Part shown: piece after piece, positions 39,493-52,956 of the stretch
Numbering within the stretch: position 1 is the stretch's first letter
Layout: the number at the start of each line of letters is the position of its first letter
Source: Phoronis australis
Taxonomy: Eukaryota; Animalia; Phoronida
Assembly: GCA_002633005.1 (NCBI GenBank)
Contig: NMRA01000008.1
Location: 1,255,974 to 1,319,973 of the forward strand
DNA length: 64,000 nucleotides
Reading direction: 5' to 3'
Translations under genes and position numbers: made by a program
The notes under the pieces: model-generated
What the model was told of the DNA's origin: nothing
Database searches by the model: none
Seen by the model: the letters and a program-made list of their open reading frames with translations, nothing else

Positions 39493-41047
39493 TTTTATTT
39501 GGATAAGTTGTTTAAGTAGCTGAATACCGCATTTTACTTAAAATTTCTAAGTTTCCCACAATATGTTTTTGGGTTTTCAATATGGTTAGTTAGGGTTCCA
39601 ACTGTCTATATCATGGAATATTAACTTAACATTCCTATGCAGAGTGTAAATATATAACTTGCCTGTACTGAAAGCATTCCTTTGTAATTCGTGGTTGTGG
39701 TGTAATAAATTATTAATATAAAACTGACTTTTATTTCATTAAATTCTATACATAACGAATTATTAACGTCAGCGGCAAAAGTGAAAAACACGAAGAAAAA
39801 TGAAATCAAACACTTTCACAATGGTCTGGTATTGTGGTTCTTATTGATTGATCTTTGCATCTGTTCACTTGAGCCGTCCGGGTCTCGGTGATTCATTTCA
39901 ACCAATGGCGTTTTGGGGATGAAGTTGCTGTAACAACATTAGGCCTACTGTTGAGTGTAGCGTTGTACAATCTGTGTTCTTAGAAATTTTCAAAATAGTT
40001 TGATCTGAAGTGATAGATCTCCTTTCGCATTTTAGAGAAGAAGAATGAAGATTTTTCAGTTTTCTCTTGAAATATTGGTAACGGCAAACAATTCGCTTGC
40101 GATTCTATCGTCATTCATCTGTTCCATAGGCGAGCAATATTTTCATGTTGTTTACTTTTTATCGTCGGCCGTCCGGTATCGCCATAGAAAACTGCGTAAT
40201 GTGGTGAAGAGCTACAGCTTTGTGTGTAGGCCTCACCCGCAGGCCCGTACCCAGCATTGCGCGGGAGTGGTTCGAATTTCTAAAACGGTGGACCTTAGAC
40301 ATTTTGCAAACGTCGGCACTAGAGTTCTCGGTTAGGCCCTTGACGCAGCTTAATTAGGGGGTTCCATGCTTTGCGTTCCTGAGATAAGACGAAATTTATA
40401 ATACTAGAAATCAAGATTGCCGTAACGGTTGCTCGCAAAGAACTAAACGCAAATTCAGATGTAACGTGGCTCAGAGTGTATCGCGTGCCGTAGCGGTGGA
40501 AGTGTAGCGCGTAAATTTACGAGCGAGACTTCGCTCGTATTTTACGACCGAAATCGTTATATCCAATGAAAAATTGGTTTGTCGGTTACGTGAGCTCTGA
40601 AGCAGTTGTGCGCTCGTAATATGTTTCGCTCGTACTTTTACGTTCGTAATTTTACGCTCGTATTTTTCGCATGTTATTAAGTATTCAGAAGGTAAAATCT
40701 CAGGTGCAAAGTCCAAAAGGTTGAAAATATCAAAGACTGACTGAAATGTTTTTACATCAGTTGCTCCCCTAACCATCCCAGACACTTGAAAGTGCTCCGT
40801 TTTAGTACATAATGATGTATCAAATGTCTGACAATGCTTCGATATTATTTTGTTAAAATAACTATGCTTTATCGTTTATTTCGACAACATCTCATTCTCT
40901 TACTCTTAACATTGCGTGCAAATGACATATGACGTTGCAAAAAACATTGGTTCCAAACGGTTTGAGGGGTTTATTTAATAGAATTTCTAAATGTTGCTGG
41001 TAAATCACTCACTCTTTATTCAAGACATTTGAATAAGAAACCATATG

Positions 41048-41335
41048 CCGTGGCAGATCTAGGATACCATATGGGCGGGGGGGGCAAAATGTTGCCTCGG
41101 GGAATTGGGCAACTCGTGGTTGTATGTGTACAGGCGTCTCGAAAGTTGCGGGGGCCAGGAGTATGAACCTTCTGTTCGTAAAATCTGTCGACTAAAATAA
41201 AAACGGGAACGCGATCCCGACGCGAACTGGGGTCTGAGCCCCCCACCCCCCTCCTCCGCTACCGGGCCTTGTTATATTTCCTCACGCTTCTTGCTGCTGC
41301 TGTTGCTGTTTCATTTTGCTTGCGGCAGCCAAGGG
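41048..41335 (-). mobile_element. Third copy of the CA..TG DNA element, truncated by the gap
   Basis: gtggcagatctaggataccat...tttcctcacgcttc...tgttgctgtttcattttgcttgcgg is the reverse complement of 32403-32729. Confidence 0.8.
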
Positions 41336-41914
41336 NNNNNNNNNNNNNNNNNNNNNNNNNNNNNNNNNNNNNNNNNNNNNNNNNNNNNNNNNNNNNNNNN
41401 NNNNNNNNNNNNNNNNNNNNNNNNNNNNNNNNNNNNNNNNNNNNNNNNNNNNNNNNNNNNNNNNNNNNNNNNNNNNNNNNNNNNNNNNNNNNNNNNNNNN
41501 NNNNNNNNNNNNNNNNNNNNNNNNNNNNNNNNNNNNNNNNNNNNNNNNNNNNNNNNNNNNNNNNNNNNNNNNNNNNNNNNNNNNNNNNNNNNNNNNNNNN
41601 NNNNNNNNNNNNNNNNNNNNNNNNNNNNNNNNNNNNNNNNNNNNNNNNNNNNNNNNNNNNNNNNNNNNNNNNNNNNNNNNNNNNNNNNNNNNNNNNNNNN
41701 NNNNNNNNNNNNNNNNNNNNNNNNNNNNNNNNNNNNNNNNNNNNNNNNNNNNNNNNNNNNNNNNNNNNNNNNNNNNNNNNNNNNNNNNNNNNNNNNNNNN
41801 NNNNNNNNNNNNNNNNNNNNNNNNNNNNNNNNNNNNNNNNNNNNNNNNNNNNNNNNNNNNNNNNNNNNNNNNNNNNNNNNNNNNNNNNNNNNNNNNNNNN
41901 NNNNNNNNNNNNNN
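41336..41914. other. Assembly gap (run of N)
   Basis: Continuous Ns. Confidence 0.99.
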
Positions 41915-44319
41915 AATAACTATTCAACTAGTGCACATTCTTTAAATGGTTACTAAATGGACACAAATACAAAACTTTATTTATGTCAGTTCCGACTAAT
42001 TAACAGACAATCAGAGTAATGAACTGTCGGAATTCTGGTTTCAGAATTCGAAGTAAGGAACTTTCGAAGGTAATGAACCTTCGGAGACGTGAATCTTGGA
42101 AACATACTCATTTTTATTGTTCGTATAAAATCTGCGAGGCTGTGCACCGTCGACACTGATTGACAAGAGAAGACTTTCGTCATTGACCAAAGTTCCTATT
42201 AGGCCTAGGGTTACTTTTCCCTTATAGTGTGAACATGCCTGTAGGAGATTTCTCAATGCAAGAAGTCACGGTAATTAAATGTCTGGTTTTTGAGCAACGA
42301 CGGAGGACTGACAATATTGAACTTACCATCGACGATTACTGGTGTGCGTTCAGTAGTCGTTAGGACCTACGCTAGGACCTGGCTAAAACCTAGTCAATGT
42401 CACGTGTTCTCATTTAAAATGCACGGCAATATCTCACGTAATCTCGCTAAGTCTTGCTTTTTAGCGAGGTCCTAGCGTTACTGAACGGGAGGCTGAATTT
42501 AAAAGAACGGAAACACATACACGCATGCGTTTCAATCCACCGATCCACAATCAAAATGGACACTAGATGAACAAAATATTTGACGATCACTTTCAATTCG
42601 AAATTTGAAAATGTCTGCACTTTATCGAGCTATGCTATCAAGTGTACCAAAATAGCAGACGACCAACATATTTTCTGCTGTTTGTTTTTTGATCGATTTT
42701 AAGGCAAAGGTCATTCAAGATCAAGGTCACTTGATTATTTCCCAATCGCTGTTACTTTCCTCCAAAAAAGGATTCTGAGTTTGGAAATTAGACGCTGGGC
42801 TCAGGCCTGACTGTCAGTTTTACGCTCGTCCTTGGCCGCAATCTTGCACTAGCGGGGTATGAGAAGAGTTAGTGGTATTGCGTCATAATTAGACCGGCAG
42901 TAAAAGGCCGCCTTGGCATAGATGAACGAGATACCATCATCTGACCATAACAGCACTTACAGTCCACCTCAGTATATACAGAAATGTACGTTTGCCGTTG
43001 TCTAGACTCTGGATGTGACCCCTGGGGACCTTACAAAGGGGACAAAAACGAGCTGATTACATATTCGAGGTACCGGCCAAAACTGATTTAAAACGGACAA
43101 TAGTACCGCACTGAACATCAAAATACACATGACAGAAAAACTGCACTGATACTGGAATGGGTCCGGCAGAAACCAAGAATGGACCCCAAAATGAGCGAGC
43201 TCATACATTCGAGGAACCACAAAAATCAATTCCATGTGATTCAATACATGCCACTGATCACTAAATGCCCCATGACAGACAAAATACACTCTGGGTTGTG
43301 CACTTCACTGAGAAATCCTCAAAAATGTCAACAACGGTAAGCCATTGGAAATTTGAGCTATATATTGGATATACGAGATACTGAGCTAAATCTGATTTAA
43401 AACGAACAATGGTACCTCACTGGACACCGAATGACCCATGCAGTCTGGAAAGCGTCCGCCAGAAAACCAAAAAGACCCCCCCCCCCCAAATGAGCTAGCT
43501 CATACATTCGAGATACCACAAAACAATTCCATGTGATTCAATACATGTCACTGGTCACCAAATGACCTATGACAGATAAATTACCCTCTGGGATGCCAGT
43601 GCCTGCTAGAAATCCCCAAAATTCTCAACTACGGTATGCCATCGAACGTTTGAGCTACATTAGACAATTGAGGTACCCTCTAAAATTGACTTAAAACCAA
43701 CAAACGTTCCGCATTGAACACCGAATGCCACGGCAAACCAAATGTCCTCTGGAAAAGGTTCACCAGAAGCTCAAAGGAGCTAGCTCATATATTCGAGGTA
43801 CCACAATAAACAATTCCATGTAATTCCAATAGATGTTACTGGTTACTAAAGGGCCTGTGAAAGACAAAACCCAATCTGGTTTGTGTGCGCCAGCCCCAGA
43901 AATCTCAACCACGTAATTCTGTTGCAAACGTGTGATACATTTGATGATAAAGGTTCCTGTTAAATTTTGGTGAAGTTCCATAGAATCAAGAACTTCGATA
44001 AGGAAGGTATTGTGATCACGTGCTTCGTTTGCAGTTATGGCGAATTCTTGTATTTCCGTAATACTTTCGCGTCCACCGATCTCTCGCCTTGCTTAAAATT
44101 AATAACAGCGTTAAACTGAGTTCCAAGAAGTTGATGGCGGAAAGTAATTTGGAAAATACCTGATAACACTAAAACTTTGGGATACCAGGAACTGTCACTT
44201 TCAAACAGCAACCCAAAAACTTAAAACAAGATAAAAGACACATTAAAATCACTGCATGGACGAGAACATTAGGTATACACATGTTTACACGTCAATAATA
44301 GTTTCTTGTTAGATTTTAT

Positions 44320-44945
44320 GTTTCACTATCAGATTCGTCACTGCTTCTCCAACTTGATTCGGGCTCGCTTGTTTCGTCATCAGTCCATTTCATTTCCTTC
44401 TTGATCGGCTTGTTTTCTTGAAAAGACCCGCACCTTCAAAAAGGACGACAGGAACGGCAGGTCCACAAAACCATTGGAGAGTATAATATCTATAATGTAG
44501 CTTCCATCAGTAGTTGAAAGTATTCCAAACGTTTCCTAAGACCATCGCAACATAATGGGCTCATTTAGCTTGTTCAGTAGTGTGTTTTGCAAGTAGAAAA
44601 CAATGCACTGTCTATCGTCTTGACGTTGGACATCGGGTTTTCTGGAAATAAATAGTGAGAAAACTTAATTGATGAGGAACCAACTGTCTAACAGTGGAAA
44701 AAACCTAGAGCCAGAACATCACTTACTGTCCTTTAAGCATCATCTGAGACTGGACCTTTTGGTTTAATACGACGGAAGCGTTATTTGAAATTATTTTCAT
44801 TGCATTTATCAACTATATTTTACCAATTATGATTATATTTCCGGTCATGTCGATTAATTTCAGATATCTCGCTTCATTATCTTCGACGCCCTCCTTCAAT
44901 CCAAACAGTATGCTTATGAAATTCTTCTAACTTTCTTTTGCCTGG
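44320..44945 (-). pseudogene. Decayed C-terminal fragment of an Academ-type (XPG-like domain) transposase
   Basis: Minus-strand frames give KLEEF..ILFG, GVEDNEARYLKL, IDSALFSTCK..LLNKLK*AHYVAMV, LQWFCGPAVP and an acidic tail DDETSEPESSWRSSDESDSET*. These resemble the VNEARY / LPPC..L..K..RA.Y...W / WF.G..P motifs; stops and frameshifts are present. Confidence 0.55.
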
Positions 44946-45570
44946 ACAAACGTTTGAGTTTACTATGAGGATGTGTTCTACTGTTGTTTTCGTGCTGGGT
45001 TCCTAAAAACGACGTCACCACTTTCCATCGACGAGTATTTTACAACAAGCTAGGTTGTTAGAGAACTCAACTAGGATTTAGGAATCGCTTAGTTTATAGC
45101 AGTCTGAAAATGGCTGGAGTCGGCGACCCATATCACAGACACAGTGTCGTGAGTGACGGAGACATATTGTTCACAGCAGCGGTGAAGAGGAATTTTTCAC
45201 GAACAGTCAGTGGGTAGATATAAGCTTGAGCGCGAGTATAATGAGACAGAAAATGCACAGAGACTTGCGGGATGAGGCAGAGACTGATGACACACCTGGT
45301 GGGACGTCTTGCTGCACGGTGTGCACTGTTATAATACAGGCCTATGCTGTTCCCACTGGATGGTGACCTGAGAACGTTGCGTAGACGGGTAACGCTGCTT
45401 TCTTCACACGAACGAGACAAAGGCGGCAGAGTGTTACCTTTCGGAAAGCTATGTAATGGCTTACCCAAAGTGCGCGTGAGACAATAATAGGTATACACCC
45501 CGATACGCAGCAGCCGTGCGGCATGCTGACTGACCGTAAACAAAGGCAAACGACGACCAGACTTATCACA

Positions 45571-45663
45571 ACCACAGGCACCTTTAATCAGCCCTCGACG
45601 ACATACCGTATAATAAAGAGAGTATCGGTATATCGTCGAGGGCTGATTAAAAGTGCCTGTGGT
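45571..45663. repeat. Near-perfect hairpin, 38-bp arms with 2 mismatches and a 17-nt loop
   Basis: accacaggcacctttaatcagccctcgacgacataccg pairs with cggtatatcgtcgagggctgattaaaagtgcctgtggt. Confidence 0.9.
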
Positions 45664-46424
45664 AAGACAATTACTGTCTTGACAGCTCACACTGTCAGAC
45701 GATATGGAAACAAACTGGCAGGAAATTCTTAACACCCAAAACGTCACTTCCGGAGTAAGACACGATTAATTAATAAAATCACGTTATTAACAGACCTGTA
45801 TACCACCAAAACTGCACTGGAGTACTTTGGACTCCAGATTTGCAGATTTTCTTAGTGAATTTGCAGATTATCATTGCGTACAGAGCAAAATTTCGAAAAT
45901 TCGAATAGAAAGGTTTCTTACTGAACTAAATAGTTATGTTGATACATGCCGCAATGGCAATAAATACCGTGAATCGTGATAAGTTGGATACACAACAGAC
46001 AGGCCTTGCTTCAAAAGTTGTGCTCGTTTCTAAATAAAAAACATATCTGCTAAAAGGTGTTCATGAATCTACAATAGATAATGTTTTGCACTAGACGTCA
46101 TGTTCTTAACCATTCACAAAAGTTTAGAATAATTATTCATTCCAAGTGTCTGTGAACACGTACCGCCGCACTACCTGTGAAAAATCTAGAGTGTTACCGT
46201 CGGCTCAACGTGCCACGAAGTCAGTGCAGTCACCATGCGCGCACAAGAAAACAACACGCTCCACAAGTTGCATTATAAATTCGAATGTCCCTTCCATGAG
46301 ACACTGTCATTCATTGAAATAACGAAGTAAAAACAGATGTTCCCTTCCTTCAGAAGCTACTTTCTTCACAGCTCGGAGTTGGCGGACACTCATACTTTGC
46401 CATTTTATCAACAGAACCCAATTA

Positions 46425-47308
46425 GGCGGAAATAGCCGAAATTACGGAAGGAAATTTCAGTGGGCCTAAATGAAAAGTTTAGGCCCTAAAAACATGTAAT
46501 GTTTGTTATTCTGTAGTATTTACCTATAACTACAATAATCTTAGTTCCCGTGAAATAAAGTTTTGAAAAATGAAAAGTCCACCTTGTAAAAGATCCTAAG
46601 CCAGTGCTTCGTGCTCGCTGGTTCCCTGCCTGCTTAGCCCAGCCAGCACGCAGGTATCACGTAGCGGCACGTGCTTTAGCATTGGTCGATGTAACCACGG
46701 CAGTCATTGGTTAGCTTTACAACACCGTGAAAAATGGCGGAGTGTGAACGATTTTTAGCCTTGTCATGCAAGTGAGTGGCGTCGCAGCAACTATTTCGTT
46801 TCTGTAGCGATGTTCAATAGCCGCGTGGTTGAAGCATATACATGTACAATTAACACATATCTGGCCAATTTAACCGGTGTGTTATTCATACTGTATGAAT
46901 ACAGGACAGTATCGTAAACAAAAGTCATCGACAGTAGAAAGATGCATTCCGAAAAGGCGCAATCACAATTTCTAGGCTTCACATTTCCTGAACATAAATT
47001 TTAAGCACCGATTTGTCTGTACAACAGACTGCATTTTACACTTCAGTCTATCAGTCATGCCCGTTTTTTTGCGTAAAGCGCTGTCTGTTGAGAATTCTAC
47101 TAGCCAATCAGAAACGCCGGTGTAAAAAAATTTCCCGAGGAAAATTAAGTGATACCTGCGTGCTGGTGCGGCTACCGCCCCACCTAGTGGCACGCAGGGA
47201 ACCAGCGAGGTACTTCGTGTTACTGACAGCGTACAACGTATAATTATGTCAATTTTCCCGTTCTTTGCAGATTGACCGACTTATTTGAATTTTTTCCGCT
47301 ATTCCGCC
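46425..47308. mobile_element. Possible nested TIR element
   Basis: ggcggaaatagccgaaa pairs imperfectly with ttttccgctattccgcc. Confidence 0.4.
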
Positions 47309-48362
47309 ATCTAGATGTCCTGCTTTTTGACACACGTCCAAACTAACATACTGTCATACACTACTGTGATTTCCCACGCAACATAGCCATATTTTCCCGC
47401 TCGACTTCCTTATCGAAGTTGCTGATTATACGAAACTCCAACAAGATTTAATCGGGATCTTCATTGTTAAATATATCACACATTTTCGACAGTGTGTTTT
47501 GGCTGTCACAAGCCATTTAGTAACCAGTAACATGTACAGTGTATTCGAATCACAGCGAGTTGTTTGTGTGGTACCTCAAATACATGAGTTAACTTCTTTT
47601 TTGGGTGTCGATTTTGAGTTTTTGGCGAATCCTTTCTGAAGGACAATTCGTCTGTCATGGGTCATCCAGTGCTCATTGCGGCACGATTGTTGGTTTATCA
47701 TGGGGCATTTAGTGACCAGTGACATGCACTGAATCACAAGGAATTGTTTTTTGTGTTATCTGGAATGTATGAGCTAGCTCATTTTTGGGTTCAGCGGACC
47801 GTTCCAGAGTTCAATTTGTCTGTCATGAATCATTTGGTGTTCAGAGCAGTACTATAAATCAGTTTAAGCTGGTACCTCGAATATTTAATCAAACACTAAT
47901 TTTCAGTGGTATACCGTGGTTGACATTTTTGGGGGTTTCTGGTGGGCACAACCCAGAGTGTATTTTGTCTGTCATGCGGCATTTAGTGGACAGTGACATA
48001 TATTGAATAAAATCGAATTATTTTTCTGTGGTACCTCGAATGTATGAGGTAACTCATTTTTTTTTGGGGGGGGGGCGTTTTTGGTTTCTGCCGGACCCAT
48101 TCCAGTATGCAATTTGTCTGTCATTAGTCATTCGATGTTGAGTGCAGTATTATTGTCCGTTTTTAATCAGTTTAATTGGGCGGTACCTCTAATATCTAAT
48201 CTAGGTCATTTTTGACCCCTTTGTGTCCCCAGGGTCACACCCAGAATGCAGATAACGGCAGAAATCCATTTCCGTATATACTGAGGTGGACTCCAAGTGC
48301 TCCTATGGTCAGATGTTGGTACCTTGCTCATCTATGCTAAGTGCTCTGGGCTGCCGGTCAAA

Positions 48363-49281
48363 GTGTGCTTTGGAACATCCCTTAGTTTATACAAGTGTGC
48401 TGGCTACAAATTAGGATTAATATTCGCAAGTTTTATTCGAAATCACCATTTGTCTTTGCCCAAACATACAATTCCAGACATGGTACATGCTTAAAGTTCT
48501 AGTTGAAAGTACGCATCTTGTACAATCATTAGAGAGAAGTGACGGAAATTCTATGTTTTGTTGAAGGTCGTTTACATTCGCCAAGTGGTTTATACTTTGC
48601 GGTTGCTTAAAAACAAATGTGACGTCAGAATCCGGAAGAAATAAAAATTCGAAGTCGTTTAAAAAGACATTCGATTTCTGGAACGAGTAGCAGCAGCCAA
48701 TCGGAAGACACGAAGGGTCAATATAATGCTCTAAAATACTGAGTGGCTGCTTGTAAGCCTGTAAGTCCATAATATCCCCAAATCATATAATAACAATAGC
48801 TATTCACTCGAAAGGGTCCCTGTGTTCAAAGTCTGCCCGTGGATGTCCCCGAACAGGGGATAAGTTAGCCCATCACTGAAACTCGAAGTCCATTATTCCG
48901 TAGCCAGCGCACCTCACAGAATTAATGAGGCGCATGATATTGACTGGACTACGCGCGAGCTCTGGACAACATCCGGCTAAAATTCACAGGCTAAATGTCA
49001 CATTTCTTGTCCGATTTTAAAAATTCAAAAACCATACAAAGTCTACTTCTCATGAACGATTCAAGTCTAAAATTAAAAAAATCGCCACCCCCAGTATGTT
49101 TATGGTGGGTCTGATTATCTAAGAACGATAACATCAGCAGATTGATGCAACTTTGAACCACAACAGCATACCTTTGATCCCAACCGGCAATTCTTACGGT
49201 AGGCAAACCGGTCGAGTTGCCGAATCTCGACCGGTTTCTGCGTCAACGGAAAGGCTTCTTGTTATGTGTTCCAAAGCGCAT
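48363..49281. mobile_element. Nested TIR element interrupting the right arm of the large transposon
   Basis: gtgtgctttggaaca pairs with tgttccaaagcgcat; arm homology stops at ~48360 and resumes at ~49365. Confidence 0.55.
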
Positions 49282-49739
49282 TTGTTACTACTGTGAAATT
49301 TTCTTATGGGGAACAAAGTTGACTTCTGGGCAACAATTCTTGTTATTCCTTTCAACTTAGTTTTGTGCCACTAACCCTCTCATACCCTCGCTTCCTACAC
49401 AAGTAGATAAGCCGTCGTGTAAGATTGCGGCACTAAAGCGGATGGACAGGTCTGAGCCCAGCATCTAATTTCTGAAATCATACACACACGAGATACTCGA
49501 AACTTCAAGCTAAAGTCGCCATGTTTAGCCAGGCTAAAAGCGAAAATGGAATTACATCTTTTGCTCTACCATTTTAACTCGGTCACACAACACTCATTAT
49601 CATGACAGTATTTCCTGTTACCAACAAAAATCATGAAACCATCACTGGCTCACTCAAGAGTTTATATGCCAAGCTGGATGTGGTCAACACAAAAATTGCG
49701 AAGCCGAAACCAAATGGCGTATGAACACCGGCACTGCGG

Positions 49740-51340
49740 AATGTTGTGACGGGTTCTCATGGTTAAAGTATTGGAACCTCAGCGTGTTAATATCCAGCCA
49801 TTCCCATTGTTGAAATGTGGGGAACCCCTTTCAGTTTACTGTTTTGTACATGTAGTATGGCGACCACCTTTGACTTTAATATTTGCAATATATTAAAACG
49901 GTCAGTGATCGAAGTAAGAAAATCAAGGGAACCCCGATCCATTGGCTTACGCCCAAACAATGAGTGCATAAAGCGTGTGCAAGTGGTGGCGATGTGACCG
50001 GTATTGATGCTGTTACTACTCGGCAAATCTCTGCCCGCCTCATTAGAAGCGCGCTGCAAGGTCCGGATAGCTTTTCTTTGTAGTAAAATAAGATTGATTA
50101 ATTACACCCTGCAAGTTTTATTCAGACAAGGGTGAAAACTACAAAGACAAAAGCCGCAAAGAATTGTTTACATAAATCCTTTTCTCCATGCATGATATAC
50201 AAAGCTGTACGAAACGTGAGCTCAACTCTCCGTCGACGAGGGTGCTCAACTATCCTCCACATTCACATGAGTTAATTGAACCACTCGACAAATATTTCGT
50301 AACCATAAATGCAGAGCGAGATTTAACTCCAGTTGACCGTAACAATCATCTTCAAGATCCGTTGGCTTCAAGTTATACTCACAGCCCGACGACTATCGGC
50401 AATGAACGAACAGGTGTCTCAATCCACGCTGGTCTCCCCTCAGTGTACGGTTGTTCACTGGTCCTGGCTGATCTAGTGTAGCGGTGCCGGGATTTCAAAG
50501 AAAGTCCAACTCTGGAACCTCGTATCTTCATTTGGAAAAAAGTCTCATGACGACACTGCAGGATAACGTCACCCGTGGTCATCTCAATCGGGTCGTGGAC
50601 TTGCCGTCCTTCATCCTGGCATCGTAGCACTCGATCAGTTATGGAGGCCAAACAGCCTTTCGTCTTGTTTAGGGAAACCAGTGAATTTGGGTAACTTTCA
50701 ATTGGTTTCAGTTGTGAGTGAAGCATGCGATCTCTAGTGATAATATCGAAGATTGAACATATAACCTAATTAAAAATGGGTCAAAGGTCGACAGCAGTCA
50801 TCCCTTCATGACGTGGAGGAGTATAGTTGAGTGCAGTGTAAAAAGGAGACTTGAGCTCACACTTGCTCCAGTTGTGGTGCAATGATGGAGACAATTAAAT
50901 GCTCTATGGCTGGTGTTTTTATTTTCCGGTACTTTCAAATGTAACCCTATCTGCAACAACTTTAAATAACAGAGCCTTCTGTCAGACATTATGTGACAAA
51001 ACAAAGTTCCATTGGATACATTAGGCAACTCGCACGCCAACGCCATTTGCACACGAGTGGACGAGAATGCGCGCATCTTTCACCCACAGTGTCGACACTG
51101 GTTTCATCATGGTCCGATACATGCGCCATCTGTGGTTTTAATTACTTTGATATTTATTGCGGTGGCTGTTAATCCGGTACAGTGGGAACATTGGCGATTT
51201 ACTACGGTTGCTTATCTTAAGTATCTGAGGAAATGTTACCTATTTCTTTATTCCGGTGTGGCCTGTGGGAAACCATCTAAAGGCTTAATTGTTATGATTT
51301 AAATGAACTGGTCGCTATTCATGGTTTCGCCCAAATGTGT
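49740..51340 (-). mobile_element. Highly decayed DIRS-like (tyrosine recombinase) retrotransposon relic
   Basis: Minus strand, in DIRS order: RT-like HFLRYLR...TGLTATAINIKVIK (~51140-51250), a segment resembling the IL.AP.W....WFP motif (~50530-50580), and YR C-terminus-like KGVPHISTMGMAGY...EPV (~49745-49830). Many stops. Confidence 0.45.
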
Positions 51341-51577
51341 GCTACCCTCTAACACAGTACCAACTATACTGAAAAATGGCATTCTTGAAACATGATGAAC
51401 AACACACGGAATTCCGCGTGTAGGCATCAATGCCATGCCTAGGTTGGAAGTATGTCGATCACATCGCCACTACATCCAAAGGCCTTTAAAGGAGAATGCC
51501 ACAGAAAAAAACTATCAATTTAGATCGAGTAGTTCCTCTCGATAACAGCAATTTCAGTTGTTTTACCTGAAACCTGA

Positions 51578-51977
51578 GCCCGGTCTCCAATCTTTTTACT
51601 CGAAATGGAACTCGAAATTAGGTTTGGCATTTTCTACTCTACTTTTGGGCGAACTCAAGATAAGTCTCTAATATTCTATGCTCGAGTACACAATAACTTA
51701 CGTAGATAATTTATTGCCCTTTGTTCACAGTTTGTAAACCCAATATTAAAGCAATAAGTTCGGCTTTGAACTCGAAATTTCGAGTTTTTACTAGAGTTTG
51801 TACCACGAATATAAGGGTCTTCAAGGGCAAACTTGACCTAGAAACCTCTATGCATAAACTATAATGTATTCGAGCACAGTCTGATAACCAATTATCTTAA
51901 GTTCGCACAAAAGGAGCAGAGAAATTGCCAAGAATAGTTTCGAGTTCGTTTCAAGTACAAAGATTAGAGACCGGGCC
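51578..51977. mobile_element. PIF/Harbinger-like MITE, possible TGA TSD
   Basis: gcccggtctccaatcttt pairs with aaagattagagaccgggc; inner inverted blocks (ttttgggcgaact / agttcgcacaaaa); TGA at both flanks. Confidence 0.75.
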
Positions 51978-52956
51978 CTGACTGCAGACGGACGTGTTGA
52001 AATTAACCAATGACGTAATCGGTTCGAACGCTGTCTGTTCAGCCGAACACGCTTAGGCTTACTGGTGTCAACTTATCGCTTGAATTCATCGTTTTACACC
52101 AATAAATCATCAAAATTGGATGTAAAACCTTTACAAATACACCAAGTTCTTGAACAAACGTGTTGTTTTATTTCACTGTTACGGATTTATTTGAACGTAC
52201 TGTAGCCTACAGAGTTCTGTAGGCCAATTTACCATGGTCGATCGCGGGAGTTTGGGTCTGTTTGGTGATAAATTCGAATCATTCTTTCGTGAAATACAGA
52301 CAGGAGAACACAGCTTGGTGTTGTAATTTTATTCGTATGATTTTTTTCAGTTCTAAACACACAAAACACTTGTTATCCCAGCCAGTGGCTCGGAACTCGA
52401 TCAGGCCCGTCGCGGCCGCCGGCGGGATTGCACATCACGAACATAAACCAGCTTAAGTTGGAAACTAAACCTCTAGTCACGAAAAGAAATAATGTGCACG
52501 TAATTAGTTTGGTGAATTAGTCACGAAACTGAAAATCTACATACTCGTCCGGGGCAGCGGAGTCACTGAGGTTCCTCTTCCACAGAACCTTCAAGGCAAA
52601 AGTTGTACAATAACAATGATTTGAATAATGTATTTGTATATCTAAGTAAAGATTCCCCAAACATGGGACCATAGCATATAAGATCGAGTTATTGTTTCAC
52701 AACAGCTTCTGTCAGCAAATACTGAATTAATTAGCATGCGCTCACACGGCCTCGGTGCCCGGTGAATTATCTTTATTGCATCTAAAGACGGTAACGCAGT
52801 GTTTCACTCATTGCTGGCTTCTCAAAACATTTGCCCTCACGAATACTCCAAAGGCATTACAAATTGTATCTAACGAGACAGACTTTGTTTCAGTTTCATA
52901 TAGGCGTAGATTAGGGTGAGAATAATTCATTTCAACACAGAATAATAAACGTCAAC

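Larger units (their letters stand above)
42778..49480. mobile_element. Large DNA transposon relic with >1 kb terminal inverted arms carrying ~150/300-bp tandem subrepeats (Academ-like)
   Basis: gaaattagacgctgggctcaggcctg (42784) pairs with caggtctgagcccagcatctaatttc (49447); agtccacctcagtatatac (42961) with gtatatactgaggtggact (48274); aacttcgataaggaag (43990) with cttccttatcgaagtt (47405). Subrepeats gagctagctcatacattcgag at ~43192, 43492, 43778. Confidence 0.8.

Noticed and set aside
41259-41956. Four ORFs of over 200 aa
   Set aside because: They are read-through of the N gap.
45133-45747. 204-aa minus-strand ORF
   Set aside because: No recognisable domain, non-ATG start, and it runs across a palindrome inside a transposon relic.
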